Source: a virus
DNA length: 17,190 bases
Reading direction: 5' to 3' (one strand)
UHGV virus genome: UHGV-0169021
Shown here: positions 7,078 through 15,251 of the stretch, in pieces
Layout of the letters: the number at the start of each line of letters is the position of its first letter
Numbering within the stretch: the first letter of the stretch is position 1
Translations under genes and position numbers: made by a program
Notes under the pieces: model-generated
Database searches by the model: none
Told to the model about the DNA's origin: nothing
The model's input: only the letters and a program-made list of their open reading frames with translations

Positions 7078-7091
7078 TTCGGAGCGAGTCT

Positions 7092-7277
7092 ATGTACAAA
7101 AAAGATGTTATTGACCACTTCGGAACCCAGCGTGCTGTTGCTAAAGCACTAGGCATTAGCGATGCAGCAGTCTCTCAGTGGAAAGAAGTTATCCCAGAGA
7201 AAGACGCCTATCGATTGGAAATCGTTACAGCTGGCGCCCTGAAGTATCAAGAAAGTGCTTACCGCCAAGCGGCATAA
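7092..7277 (+). CDS. cro: Cro repressor (P22-type)
   Basis: 61 aa, MYKKDVIDHFGTQRAVAKALGISDAAVSQWKE...; GGAG RBS; first gene of the PR operon. Confidence 0.85.
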   Translation: MYKKDVIDHFGTQRAVAKALGISDAAVSQWKEVIPEKDAYRLEIVTAGALKYQESAYRQAA

Positions 7278-7284
7278 GCAAATT

Positions 7285-7324
7285 GCTCTTTAACAGTTCT
7301 GGCCTTTCACCTCTAACCGGGTGA
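7285..7324 (+). promoter_or_regulatory. nutR: nutR (boxA plus boxB)
   Basis: boxA GCTCTTTAACA (7285..7295), then boxB hairpin UCACCU-CUAACC-GGGUGA (7307..7324). Confidence 0.7.
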
Positions 7325-7392
7325 GCAAACATCAGCGGCAAATCCATTGGGTGTGCCGCTATAACTCAATATCAATATAGGAAAATTAACAA

Positions 7393-7689
7393 ATGGCACA
7401 AGCAAGCTACAGCAAGCCAACACAGCGAGAAATTGATCGCGCTGAAACTGATTTACTCATCAACCTGTCAACGCTTACCCAGCGCGGTCTGGCAAAGATG
7501 ATTGGCTGTCATGAATCGAAGATAAGCAGAACGGACTGGAGATTTATTGCTTCGGTTCTGTGTGCTTTCGGAATGGCATCAGACATCAGTCCGATTAGCA
7601 GGGCTTTTAAGTATGCGCTTGATGGACTCACAAAGAAAAAATCCCCGGCTGCCACCGAGGATTCTGAGCAAATTGATATGCAATTCTGA
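7393..7689 (+). CDS. cII: CII-family transcriptional activator (P22 c1 / lambda cII type)
   Basis: 98 aa; C-terminus ...KKKSPAATEDSEQIDMQF parallels the lambda CII C-terminus (KKRPAATERSEQIQMEF) as I recall it. Confidence 0.85.
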   Translation: MAQASYSKPTQREIDRAETDLLINLSTLTQRGLAKMIGCHESKISRTDWRFIASVLCAFGMASDISPISRAFKYALDGLTKKKSPAATEDSEQIDMQF

Positions 7690-7721
7690 GGTAATTACTG
7701 GATCAATCCACAGGAGTAATT

Positions 7722-7868
7722 ATGACAAAACAACTCAGTCCTTACCAGGACAAAATTCACAAACACATACTACGTGATCGCTTCCTGTCCAGCTTCAAGC
7801 AGCCTGGTCGATTCCGGGCTGAGTTGGAAAAAGTGAAGCTGATGCAGAAGGAGAAAGGTCATGAGTAA
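7722..7868 (+). CDS. Small hypothetical protein (48 aa) between cII and the O-like gene
   Basis: Not in the ORF track. ATG at 7722 preceded by AGGAG at 5-nt spacing; its stop overlaps the O-like ATG. Confidence 0.35.
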   Translation: MTKQLSPYQDKIHKHILRDRFLSSFKQPGRFRAELEKVKLMQKEKGHE

Positions 7869-8721
7869 TCTTGCAACCGTAACACATTTAAGGCCTTCAC
7901 AACGGCCTGTGGAGCGTCGTGTGGCAGAAGTTGAAGATGGTTATACCCGTCTTGCAAATGCCCTGTATGAAGAGCTTATCGGCGCAGATTTAACGAAAAA
8001 TCAGAGCAAGGTTGCCCACGCCATATGCCGTAAAACATACGGCTACGGTAAAAAGATGGATCGCATCTCTGATAGTCAGTTAGCTCAAATTACCAGGCTG
8101 CCAAGACAGAAGGTAAACAAGGCCAAGAATGAGCTTATCGCGATGAAGGTTATCCTTCGCGAAGGCCAGCAAATCGGGCCTAACAAGAACATCGAGGAAT
8201 GGCAAATCGAAGGGTGTCACTACTCTGGTGATAATGTCACTGCATTGGTGACAAAAAGTGTCACCAAAACGGTGACAGCGCTGTCACCAAAACAGGGACA
8301 CACAAAAGAAACTATTACAAAAGAAAAAAGAAATAATAAAAAAACTATGTCCGAAAGTGTTCGGACGGAGTGTGAAAAATCACCTGACCGTCACGAAGAA
8401 ACCGACAAGGCATTCGAGGAAATATTCTGGTGTGCAGGCTTGCGGAAAGCCGGGAAGAAAAACGCAGCTTCGGCATTCAGAACACAGTTCAGGGAATGGC
8501 GTAAAACTACCAGGGGGACGGCAAGCGAGTTTGCCACGATGCTGGCAGAAGACATCGTATGCAGGAATGGTAAGCAGTTCGGATTCGACAGGTTGTTACC
8601 ATCGAGCTACCTGAACGGTCAGCGCTGGAACGACGAGAAGCCAGAAACTATTCAACCACAATCCAAACCATCATCCGCAATCACCGTATCGAAAACTGGC
8701 TACGTGTTTTTCGACAGGTGA
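7861..8721 (+). CDS. O: Replication initiator protein, lambda O-like
   Basis: 286 aa; N-terminal region (...[25 protein letters not shown]...) resembles the O iteron-binding domain; origin iterons lie inside the gene. Confidence 0.8.
   Translation: MSNLATVTHLRPSQRPVERRVAEVEDGYTRLANALYEELIGADLTKNQSKVAHAICRKTYGYGKKMDRISDSQLAQITRLPRQKVNKAKNELIAMKVILREGQQIGPNKNIEEWQIEGCHYSGDNVTALVTKSVTKTVTALSPKQGHTKETITKEKRNNKKTMSESVRTECEKSPDRHEETDKAFEEIFWCAGLRKAGKKNAASAFRTQFREWRKTTRGTASEFATMLAEDIVCRNGKQFGFDRLLPSSYLNGQRWNDEKPETIQPQSKPSSAITVSKTGYVFFDR
8215..8348 (+). repeat. Replication origin: four 19-bp dyad-symmetric iterons followed by an AT-rich tract
   Basis: Iterons at 8215, 8235, 8259 and 8282 (e.g. TGTCACCAAAACGGTGACA, TGTCACTGCATTGGTGACA), then an A-rich stretch 8301..8348; lambda-style ori embedded in the initiator gene. 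Confidence 0.7.
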
Positions 8722-8724
8722 ACC

Positions 8725-8832
8725 ATGAAATCAAAAATCAAATCGCTACTGGTCGCTGGTTATAACCACGGCTGGTTAAGTCTTTCGTTTGTCGATTTCT
8801 GGTTTAAAAATCTCAATCTGAGGGAATCATGA
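8725..8832 (+). CDS. Small hypothetical ORF (35 aa) between O-like and primase-helicase
   Basis: Not in the ORF track. ATG at 8725; its stop overlaps the primase-helicase ATG (ATGA). Weak RBS. Confidence 0.25.
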   Translation: MKSKIKSLLVAGYNHGWLSLSFVDFWFKNLNLRES

Positions 8833-10709
8833 CTCCAAGTGAACTCAGTGACCTGCTTTGGGCGCAGGTTGACAGGGTGGCTCCGCACCTGTTGCCAAAC
8901 GGCAAGAAAGAGGGGCATGAGTGGGTTGCTGGTAACGTCAACGGCGACAAGGGAAACAGCCTTAAGGTCAACCTTAGCGGCAAGAAAAAATGGGCTGATT
9001 TCGCTGAGGGAGACGGCGGTGACATGCTTGATTTGTGGATGGCATGTCGTGGAATTAACCTGCATCAGGCTATGCAGGAAGCGAAAGCCTTTCTCGGTAT
9101 CAAGGATGACGATCACCATTTCGATGCCAAACGTGAGAAGAAATTCTCCAGACCTGATCGCAAGAAAATCGCCCGCTACGTTACCAGAACAGAATCCCAT
9201 CTTGAGTACCTGCAATCGCGTGGCATATCGCCAGAAGTCGTAAAGCGCTACGAGGTTGTCAGCGGAAAGGTGTGGAATGGAGAACGAGAACTGGATGCTC
9301 TGGTGCTTCCGTACAAACGCGATGGTGAGTTGTTGCAGGTCAAGCGAATCAGCACTGAGCGCCCGGACGGGAAGAAAGTCATTATGGCAGAAGGTGATTG
9401 CGAACCTTGTCTGTTCGGATGGCAGGCTCTGGACGCTGGCGTGAGGGCGGTTGTACTTTGCGAAGGCGAAATTGATTGTATGAGCTATGCGCAATACGGC
9501 ATCTCGGCGTTATCCGTGCCGTTTGGTGGCGGGAAAGGCGCTAAGCAACAGTGGATTGAGTTTGAGTATCACAACCTCGACAGGTTTGAGGAAATATTCA
9601 TCTCGATGGACGTTGATGATGTTGGTCGTGAAGCCGCAAGGGAAATCGCAAGCCGACTCGGTGAACATCGTTGCCGTCTTGTTACTCTGCCGTACAAAGA
9701 CATCAACGAATGCCTGATGAAAGGTGTTACCGAGGATGAAATCTGGCAGTACATCGGCACGGCATCCTACTTCGATCCTGAAGAACTCTACAGTGCGCGA
9801 GAGTTTTACCAGGACACTATCAACGCTTTCTACGGCAAGCAGCAGTATCTGTTTAATCCACCGTGGGAATCTCTGGCAGATAAATTCCAGTTCCGTGAGG
9901 CAGAGTTGACGCTGGTCAATGGTGTGAACGGTCACGGAAAAACGGAGGTTGTCGGGCATATGGCACTTGAGGCAATGCGTCAGGGTGTGAAGACGTGCAT
10001 CGCGTCACTTGAGCTGAAGCCTGGTATTCTCCTTAAGCGCCTTACCCGTCAGGCGACGTGCTGCAAGATGCCGCCAGTGCTGGAAATTGACTCTGCATTT
10101 AAATTTTATGACGAAAGACTTTGGGTGTTTGGCCTGACCGGAACGGCGAAAGCCGACAGGCTGATCGAAATATTCGACTACGCTCGCCGCCGATACGGCA
10201 TCCAGTTATTCATCATCGACAGCCTGATGAAATGTGGCATAGGCGACGATGACTATAACGGGCAGAAGGCGTTTGTTGACTCGATTTGCGATTTCAAAAA
10301 CAAAACAAACTCCCACGTCATTCTCGTTACTCACTCGCGAAAAGGTGACAGCGAAGAAAAACCAACCGGGAAAATGGACGTAAAAGGCTCTGGAGCGATA
10401 ACAGACCTGACAGACAACCTTTTCATCATCTGGCGTAACAAGGCTCGCGAGAGAGCGTTACAGAGAGTTCAGAGTGGTGAAAAGATGTCAGAGAAGGACG
10501 AACAGCTACTGGCATCTCCGGCATCTGTTTTGATGCTTGAAAAACAACGTAACGGCGAAGGTTGGGAAGGTGGTGTCCCGTTGTTCCTTGACGAGCAATC
10601 GCACCAGTTCCTGCAACTTGAATCAGGATCGCCATATAGCTACATCGCCAATATGCCGAAATCGGAATATGACGAGGCGTGGCGACAGGAAAACGTGACG
10701 GAGTATTAA
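8829..10709 (+). CDS. Bifunctional DNA primase-helicase (degenerate zinc-finger region, Toprim, DnaB/RepA-like P-loop helicase)
   Basis: 626 aa; N-terminal W-DFA-G-GGD pattern without the cysteines; Toprim-like CEGEIDCMSYAQYG; Walker A LVNGVNGHGKT; Walker-B-like LFIIDSL. Confidence 0.8.
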   Translation: MTPSELSDLLWAQVDRVAPHLLPNGKKEGHEWVAGNVNGDKGNSLKVNLSGKKKWADFAEGDGGDMLDLWMACRGINLHQAMQEAKAFLGIKDDDHHFDAKREKKFSRPDRKKIARYVTRTESHLEYLQSRGISPEVVKRYEVVSGKVWNGERELDALVLPYKRDGELLQVKRISTERPDGKKVIMAEGDCEPCLFGWQALDAGVRAVVLCEGEIDCMSYAQYGISALSVPFGGGKGAKQQWIEFEYHNLDRFEEIFISMDVDDVGREAAREIASRLGEHRCRLVTLPYKDINECLMKGVTEDEIWQYIGTASYFDPEELYSAREFYQDTINAFYGKQQYLFNPPWESLADKFQFREAELTLVNGVNGHGKTEVVGHMALEAMRQGVKTCIASLELKPGILLKRLTRQATCCKMPPVLEIDSAFKFYDERLWVFGLTGTAKADRLIEIFDYARRRYGIQLFIIDSLMKCGIGDDDYNGQKAFVDSICDFKNKTNSHVILVTHSRKGDSEEKPTGKMDVKGSGAITDLTDNLFIIWRNKARERALQRVQSGEKMSEKDEQLLASPASVLMLEKQRNGEGWEGGVPLFLDEQSHQFLQLESGSPYSYIANMPKSEYDEAWRQENVTEY

Positions 10710-10738
10710 ATGACCATCTACATCACTGAGCTTGTAAC

Positions 10739-10770
10739 AGGCCTGCTGGTAATCGCAGGCCTTTTTATTT
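10739..10770 (+). terminator. Intrinsic terminator after the replication genes (tR2 position)
   Basis: 8-bp stem AGGCCTGC / GCAGGCCT with an 8-nt loop, followed by TTTTTATTT. Confidence 0.7.
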
Positions 10771-10785
10771 GGGGGAGAGGGAAGT

Positions 10786-11112
10786 GTGGCTGACTGGCAA
10801 ATTCCAATCATCATTCTTGCCGGAACTTCGCTGGTTGCTGGCTTTATCCTGCTGAAGAAGCATAAAGACCGTGATCAAAAAGTCGAAGTTCTCTATGGGT
10901 ATCCAGCGAACAGCACAACATGGCTGACCATTTACCACTACCGAAAATCAGGCCGCTGGGTATTCGAATGGGATGATCTGTTCGCTGAAAAGCGACCAAA
11001 GTCATGGGGAGACATCAGCGAATGCATGATGTTTGAAGAAAGAAAATCCGGCGCAACTCGAGAAGAGTTTAACGAAGCGTGGAGGCGATTAAGTGAGAGA
11101 GGGTATCAATGA
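10786..11112 (+). CDS. Membrane-anchored hypothetical protein (108 aa)
   Basis: GTG start preceded by GGAGAGGG; N-terminal hydrophobic segment IPIIILAGTSLVAGFILL; no family recognised. Confidence 0.5.
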   Translation: MADWQIPIIILAGTSLVAGFILLKKHKDRDQKVEVLYGYPANSTTWLTIYHYRKSGRWVFEWDDLFAEKRPKSWGDISECMMFEERKSGATREEFNEAWRRLSERGYQ

Positions 11113-11345
11113 GCAGAATTAAATCTGGTTATCCAGGAAATGGGGAATACCCGAAGCCATATTTACCTGTAACAGTGACCACTAAATCTAGGCATCCACA
11201 TCATTTCAAGCAAAGTGGTACAGCTTATTGGAGTGGCAACCGGTGGATAGGTATTGATGGGTTCAAAATTGGGTATGCAAAGGTAATTAAATGGGAATTT
11301 AACATCACACACTGGAGTTCATCCCATGAGGAAACTAACGTTTGA
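11109..11345 (+). CDS. Hypothetical protein (78 aa)
   Basis: ATG overlaps the upstream stop (ATGA); Gly/Trp/His-rich product; no family recognised. Confidence 0.45.
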   Translation: MSRIKSGYPGNGEYPKPYLPVTVTTKSRHPHHFKQSGTAYWSGNRWIGIDGFKIGYAKVIKWEFNITHWSSSHEETNV

Positions 11346-11766
11346 ACTAAGAAGCCCCATCCATCAGCAGAACGCCATTCAAGCCATCCAGAAAATCCTT
11401 CCGGACCCAACCAAACCAATCGTAGTAACCATTCAGGAGCGCAACCGCAGCTTAGACCAAAATCGGAAGCTTTGGGCTTGCCTTGGCGACGTTTCGCGTC
11501 AGGTTGAATGGCATGGTCGCTGGCTGGATGCAGAAAGCTGGAAGTGCGTTTTTACCGCAGCCTTAAAGCAGCAGGACGTTGTTCCTAACCTTACCGGGAA
11601 TGGCTTTGTGGTAATAGGCCAGTCAACCAGCAGGATGCGTGTAAGCGAATTTGCGGAGCTATTAGAGCTTATACAGGCATTCGGTACAGAGCGTGGCGTT
11701 AAGTGGTCAGACGAAGCGCGACTGGCTCTGGAGTGGAAAGCGCGATGGGGAGACAGGGCAGCATGA
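11326..11766 (+). CDS. ninB: NinB (Orf-family recombination mediator)
   Basis: 146 aa, [68 protein letters not shown]...; near-identical to lambda NinB as I recall it. Confidence 0.85.
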   Translation: MRKLTFELRSPIHQQNAIQAIQKILPDPTKPIVVTIQERNRSLDQNRKLWACLGDVSRQVEWHGRWLDAESWKCVFTAALKQQDVVPNLTGNGFVVIGQSTSRMRVSEFAELLELIQAFGTERGVKWSDEARLALEWKARWGDRAA

Positions 11767-11939
11767 GACGACAGCGACGAAGTTTCACCGACATCATCTG
11801 CGAAAACTGCAAATACCTTCCAACGAAACGCTCCAGAAATAAACGCAAGCCAATCCCGAAAGAATCTGACGTAAAAACCTTCAATTACACGGCTCACCTG
11901 TGGGATATCCGGTGGCTAAGACATCGTGCGAGGAAATGA
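11763..11939 (+). CDS. ninD: NinD-like small protein
   Basis: 58 aa, [51 protein letters not shown]...; ATG overlaps the ninB stop (ATGA). Confidence 0.7.
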   Translation: MRRQRRSFTDIICENCKYLPTKRSRNKRKPIPKESDVKTFNYTAHLWDIRWLRHRARK

Positions 11940-12319
11940 CAATGGATTATTCACAGTTAAGTGATTTTGAAATTAACGTGGCAGTATTCGAAGCCATTCA
12001 TAACGGATCACCGGATTACAAAGAAGGTGAGAATGGCGCGATGGTGTTTATCTCATTTGAGGGAGACATTGTAAACGGAGACGCAGTTGAAGTAGAAGTT
12101 GAGCGCGGATCCTTTAACCCATGCGCAAACCCAGCAGACGCATGGCCGATTATCACTGAAAACAACATCAGCATAATTTTAGACAATCCCTCAATGCCGT
12201 GCGCTACAGACAACGCAAGGGACTTGTTTGATGATGCCGGACCGAATGTTGGTGTCGCATATGACAATCCACTCCGTGCCGCCATGATTGTCTTTCTCAT
12301 GATGCGGAGAATCCAATAA
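11936..12319 (+). CDS. nin-region hypothetical protein (possibly DUF2591-like)
   Basis: ATG at 11936 overlaps the ninD stop; product [34 protein letters not shown]...; the track start at 11900 lies inside ninD. Confidence 0.55.
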   Translation: MTMDYSQLSDFEINVAVFEAIHNGSPDYKEGENGAMVFISFEGDIVNGDAVEVEVERGSFNPCANPADAWPIITENNISIILDNPSMPCATDNARDLFDDAGPNVGVAYDNPLRAAMIVFLMMRRIQ

Positions 12320-12495
12320 TGCTTAGCCCATCCCAATCCCTTCAATACCAGAAAGAAAGCGTCGAGCGAGCTTTAACGTGCGCTAACTGCGGTCAGAAGC
12401 TGCATGTGCTGGAAGTTCACGTGTGCTCCGATTGCTGCGCAGAACTGATGAGCGATCCGAATAGCTCAATGTACGAGGAAGAAGACGATGAATGA
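12319..12495 (+). CDS. ninF: NinF-like small Cys-rich protein
   Basis: Not in the ORF track. 58 aa, [58 protein letters not shown]; matches my recollection of lambda NinF. Confidence 0.75.
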   Translation: MLSPSQSLQYQKESVERALTCANCGQKLHVLEVHVCSDCCAELMSDPNSSMYEEEDDE

Positions 12496-12955
12496 GTTAA
12501 TAAATGGCAATGCCATCAAAATGACAAGCATTGAAATCGCTGAGTTGGTTGGTAAGCGTCATGACAATGTGAAACGTACCATAATAAAAAACGGGATAAA
12601 GCACGATATTAAATATGAATATTATGAAAATAATCTAGGATTCAAAGTTAAGCGAGAGGTTTTTGTTGTTGATGCTGATGTTGCTAACGTGTTTAAGCAT
12701 CAGAGAATAGCATTAAATAGATGTGCTGAAACAATAGCATTAACCACCATCGAACAATTACAAGGAGTTAAATTAATAAGGCAATATCCGGTTTTAGATA
12801 AATACCGCATAGATGGCTATGATCCTGTAAACAATATCGCCTATGAAATAGACGAGGAACAACATTTTGCGCCTCAGCATATGGACGCGGATCGCATTCG
12901 CGAGGAAGAGATAAAATCGGCGTTAGGTTGTAAGTTTGTGCGCATTCGCGTTTAA
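12488..12955 (+). CDS. Fusion protein: Rha-type N-terminal domain plus DUF559 (Vsr-like PD-(D/E)xK) endonuclease-fold domain
   Basis: N-terminus IKMTSIEIAELVGKRHDNVKRTI (Rha-like); C-terminus RQYPVLDKYRIDGYDPVNNIAYEIDEEQHF...DADRIREEEIKSALGCKFVRIRV fits the DUF559 pattern as I recall it. The gene is visibly AT-rich relative to its neighbours. Confidence 0.65.
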   Translation: MNELINGNAIKMTSIEIAELVGKRHDNVKRTIIKNGIKHDIKYEYYENNLGFKVKREVFVVDADVANVFKHQRIALNRCAETIALTTIEQLQGVKLIRQYPVLDKYRIDGYDPVNNIAYEIDEEQHFAPQHMDADRIREEEIKSALGCKFVRIRV

Positions 12956-12986
12956 GCGAATACAATTTGCAAACCGGAGAATAGCA

Positions 12987-13712
12987 ATGAGTAATTTAAT
13001 TTGTTTTGATTCCGTTAAGATGTCCAGTATCGAAATTGCCGAACTGGTAGAAAGCCGCCATAGCAATGTAAAAGTATCCATAGATAGATTGGTGAAACGT
13101 GGAGTTATCAAGCCTCCTGCATTGCAGCACACTAACATAATCAATGATTTAGGTGTTATTACCGGGAGGCGTGATTTCTACGTCTTCGAAGGCGAACAAG
13201 GTAAGCGCGACAGCATTATTGTCGTTGCCCAGTTGTCGCCGGAATTCACCGCTCGTCTTGTTGACCGTTGGCGAGAGCTTGAAGAAGCTGCGGTTAATAT
13301 CCCCAAAACGCTACCGGAAGCGTTGCGCCTTGCTGCTGACCTTGCTGAGCAGAAAATGCAACTGGAAAACCAGCTCGCAATTGCCGCACCTAAAGTTGAG
13401 TTTGCCGATCGCGTTGGCGAGGCCAGCGGAATTTTGATTGGAAACTTTGCAAAGGTTGTTGGAATTGGTCCAAACAAACTGTTTGCGTGGATGCGCGATC
13501 ACAAAATCCTTATTGCTTCAGGTTCCCGGCGCAATGTGCCAATGCAGGAATATATGGATCGCGGCTATTTCACAGTGAAAGAAACAGCGGTCAACACAAA
13601 TCACGGAATACAGATATCGTTCACCACAAAAATCACCGGTCGTGGTCAACAGTGGCTGACCAGAAAGCTGCTCGATAACGGAATGCTGAAAGTAACAGGG
13701 GAGGCTGCTTAA
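12987..13712 (+). CDS. Rha-family phage regulatory protein / antirepressor-like (Rha-N plus KilA-C domain)
   Basis: The track start at 12936 is non-ATG; ATG at 12987 follows GGAGAA. N-terminus MSNLICFDSVKMSSIEIAELVESRHSNV; C-terminal ...RNVPMQEYMDRGYFTVKE... looks KilA-C-like. Confidence 0.7.
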   Translation: MSNLICFDSVKMSSIEIAELVESRHSNVKVSIDRLVKRGVIKPPALQHTNIINDLGVITGRRDFYVFEGEQGKRDSIIVVAQLSPEFTARLVDRWRELEEAAVNIPKTLPEALRLAADLAEQKMQLENQLAIAAPKVEFADRVGEASGILIGNFAKVVGIGPNKLFAWMRDHKILIASGSRRNVPMQEYMDRGYFTVKETAVNTNHGIQISFTTKITGRGQQWLTRKLLDNGMLKVTGEAA

Positions 13713-14002
13713 TGGCTAACCTACGCAAAGAAGCGCGCGGCAGAGAATGTCAGGTACGTATTTACGGCGTATGCAATGGCAACCCTGAAACTACAGTTCT
13801 GGCACATTACCGGATGGCTGGAATTTGCGGAACGGGAATGAAGCCTGACGACCTGATCGGCGCATGGGCTTGTAGCGCGTGTCACGATGAAATCGACCGA
13901 CGCACCCATAATCTCGACAACAAAGACGCCAGACTTTATCACCTCGAAGGCGTGATCAGGACGCAGGCGATACTGCTGAAGGAGGGGAAGATTAAGCCAT
14001 GA
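13712..14002 (+). CDS. Cys/His-rich nin-region protein (DUF1364-like)
   Basis: 96 aa, MANLRKEARGRECQVRIYGVCNGNPETTVLAHYR...CSACHDEIDRR; ATG overlaps the upstream stop (TAATG). Confidence 0.6.
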   Translation: MANLRKEARGRECQVRIYGVCNGNPETTVLAHYRMAGICGTGMKPDDLIGAWACSACHDEIDRRTHNLDNKDARLYHLEGVIRTQAILLKEGKIKP

Positions 14003-14361
14003 ACGAATATCAGTTTGTGCTTCCATATCCGCCGTCGGTGAATACCTACTGGCGAAGACGGGGAAGCCAATACTACATCAGCGATAAAGGCCAGAAATAC
14101 CGAAAAGACGTTCAGCAAATCATCCACCAACTCAAGTTAGACATTTTCACCAAATCACGACTCCGCATCAAAGTCATCGCAGACGTTCCAGACTCCCGCC
14201 GCCGCGACCTCGATAACATCCTGAAAGGTTTACTCGACTCCCTTATCCACGCCGGATTTGCGGAAGACGACGAGCAATTCGATGACATTCGCGTAATTCG
14301 TGGTGTGAAAGTACCAGGCGGACGGCTTGGAATAAAAATCACCGAACTGGAGAACGTATGA
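13999..14361 (+). CDS. rusA: Holliday-junction resolvase RusA
   Basis: 120 aa; ...PDSRRRDLDNILKGLLDSLIHAGF...DDEQFDDIRVIRGVKVPGGRLGIKITELENV parallels E. coli RusA as I recall it. Confidence 0.85.
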   Translation: MNEYQFVLPYPPSVNTYWRRRGSQYYISDKGQKYRKDVQQIIHQLKLDIFTKSRLRIKVIADVPDSRRRDLDNILKGLLDSLIHAGFAEDDEQFDDIRVIRGVKVPGGRLGIKITELENV

Positions 14362-14546
14362 AAGCCACAATTCAAACGATACCAGAGCTTCTTATCCAGA
14401 CACGAGGCAATCAGACCGAAGTGGCGAGGATGCTTTCCTGTGCAAGAGGAACAGTGCTCAAGTACAACCGAGACAGCAAAGGTGAGCGTCACGTAATAGT
14501 TAACGGCGTCCTGATGGTCAAACAGGGCAAAAGGGGAAGGCCATGA
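14358..14546 (+). CDS. ninH: NinH-like small HTH protein
   Basis: 62 aa, ...GNQTEVARMLSCARGTVLKYNRDSKGERHVIVNGVLMV...; ATGA overlaps at both ends. Confidence 0.75.
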   Translation: MKATIQTIPELLIQTRGNQTEVARMLSCARGTVLKYNRDSKGERHVIVNGVLMVKQGKRGRP

Positions 14547-15166
14547 GACTCGAAAGCGTAGCTAAATTTCATTCGCCAAAAAGCCCGATGATGAGCGACT
14601 CACCACGGGCCACGGCTTCTGACTCTCTTTCCGGTACTGATGTGATGGCTGCTATGGGGATGGCGCAATCACAAGCCGGATTCGGAATGGCTGCATTCTG
14701 TGGTAAGCACGAACTCAGCCAGAACGACAAACAAAAGGCTATCAACTATCTGATGCAATTTGCACACAAGGTATCGGGGAAATACCGTGGTGTGGCAAAG
14801 CTCGAAGGAAATACTAAGGCAAAGGTACTGCAAGTGCTCGCAACATTCGCTTATGCGGATTATTGCCGTAGTGCCGCGACGCCGGGCGCAAGATGCAGAG
14901 ATTGCCACGGTACAGGCCGTGCGGTTGATATAGCAAAAACAGAGCAGTGGGGGAGAGTTGTCGAGAAAGAGTGCGGAAGATGCAAAGGCGTCGGCTATTC
15001 AAGGATGCCAGCAAGCGCCGCATATCGCGCTGTAACGATGCTAATCCCAAACCTTACTCAACCCACCTGGTCACGCACTGTTAAGCCGCTGTATGACGCT
15101 CTGGTGGTGCAATGCCACAAAGAAGAGTCAATCGCAGACAACATTTTGAATGCGGTCACACGTTAG
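14543..15166 (+). CDS. Q: Late-gene antiterminator Q (lambda-type)
   Basis: 207 aa; Cys-rich region ...CRDCHGTGRAVDIAKTEQWGRVVEKECGRCKGVGYS...; immediately upstream of the PR' promoter. Confidence 0.85.
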   Translation: MRLESVAKFHSPKSPMMSDSPRATASDSLSGTDVMAAMGMAQSQAGFGMAAFCGKHELSQNDKQKAINYLMQFAHKVSGKYRGVAKLEGNTKAKVLQVLATFAYADYCRSAATPGARCRDCHGTGRAVDIAKTEQWGRVVEKECGRCKGVGYSRMPASAAYRAVTMLIPNLTQPTWSRTVKPLYDALVVQCHKEESIADNILNAVTR

Positions 15167-15208
15167 CAGCATGATTGCCACGGATGGCAACATATTAACG
15201 GCATAATA

Positions 15209-15251
15209 TTGACTTTTTGAATAAAGTTGGGTAAATTTGACCCAAGAATGG
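15209..15251 (+). promoter_or_regulatory. Late promoter PR' with the proximal part of qut
   Basis: TTGACT (15209..15214), 17-nt spacer, TAAATT (15232..15237); downstream -10-like element AGAATG at about +1..+6; the sequence tracks lambda PR' as I recall it up to about +7. Confidence 0.65.

Noticed and set aside
8215-8300. Short repeats in the O-like gene as a possible CRISPR array
   Set aside because: Only four dyad-symmetric 19-bp units with irregular 20-24 bp spacing and no spacer-like unique inserts; this is a lambdoid replication origin pattern.
8760-9494. 244-aa ORF on the minus strand
   Set aside because: Lies entirely antisense within the primase-helicase gene, has no RBS or recognisable motifs and an odd composition; most likely a chance open frame.
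10710-10793. 27-aa hydrophobic ORF immediately after the primase-helicase stop
   Set aside because: Its coding sequence is largely the stem-loop of the tR2-like terminator; more likely a structural RNA element than a gene.
11499-11897. Minus-strand ORFs 11499..11897 and 11699..11884
   Set aside because: Antisense to ninB and ninD, which have clear homologues.
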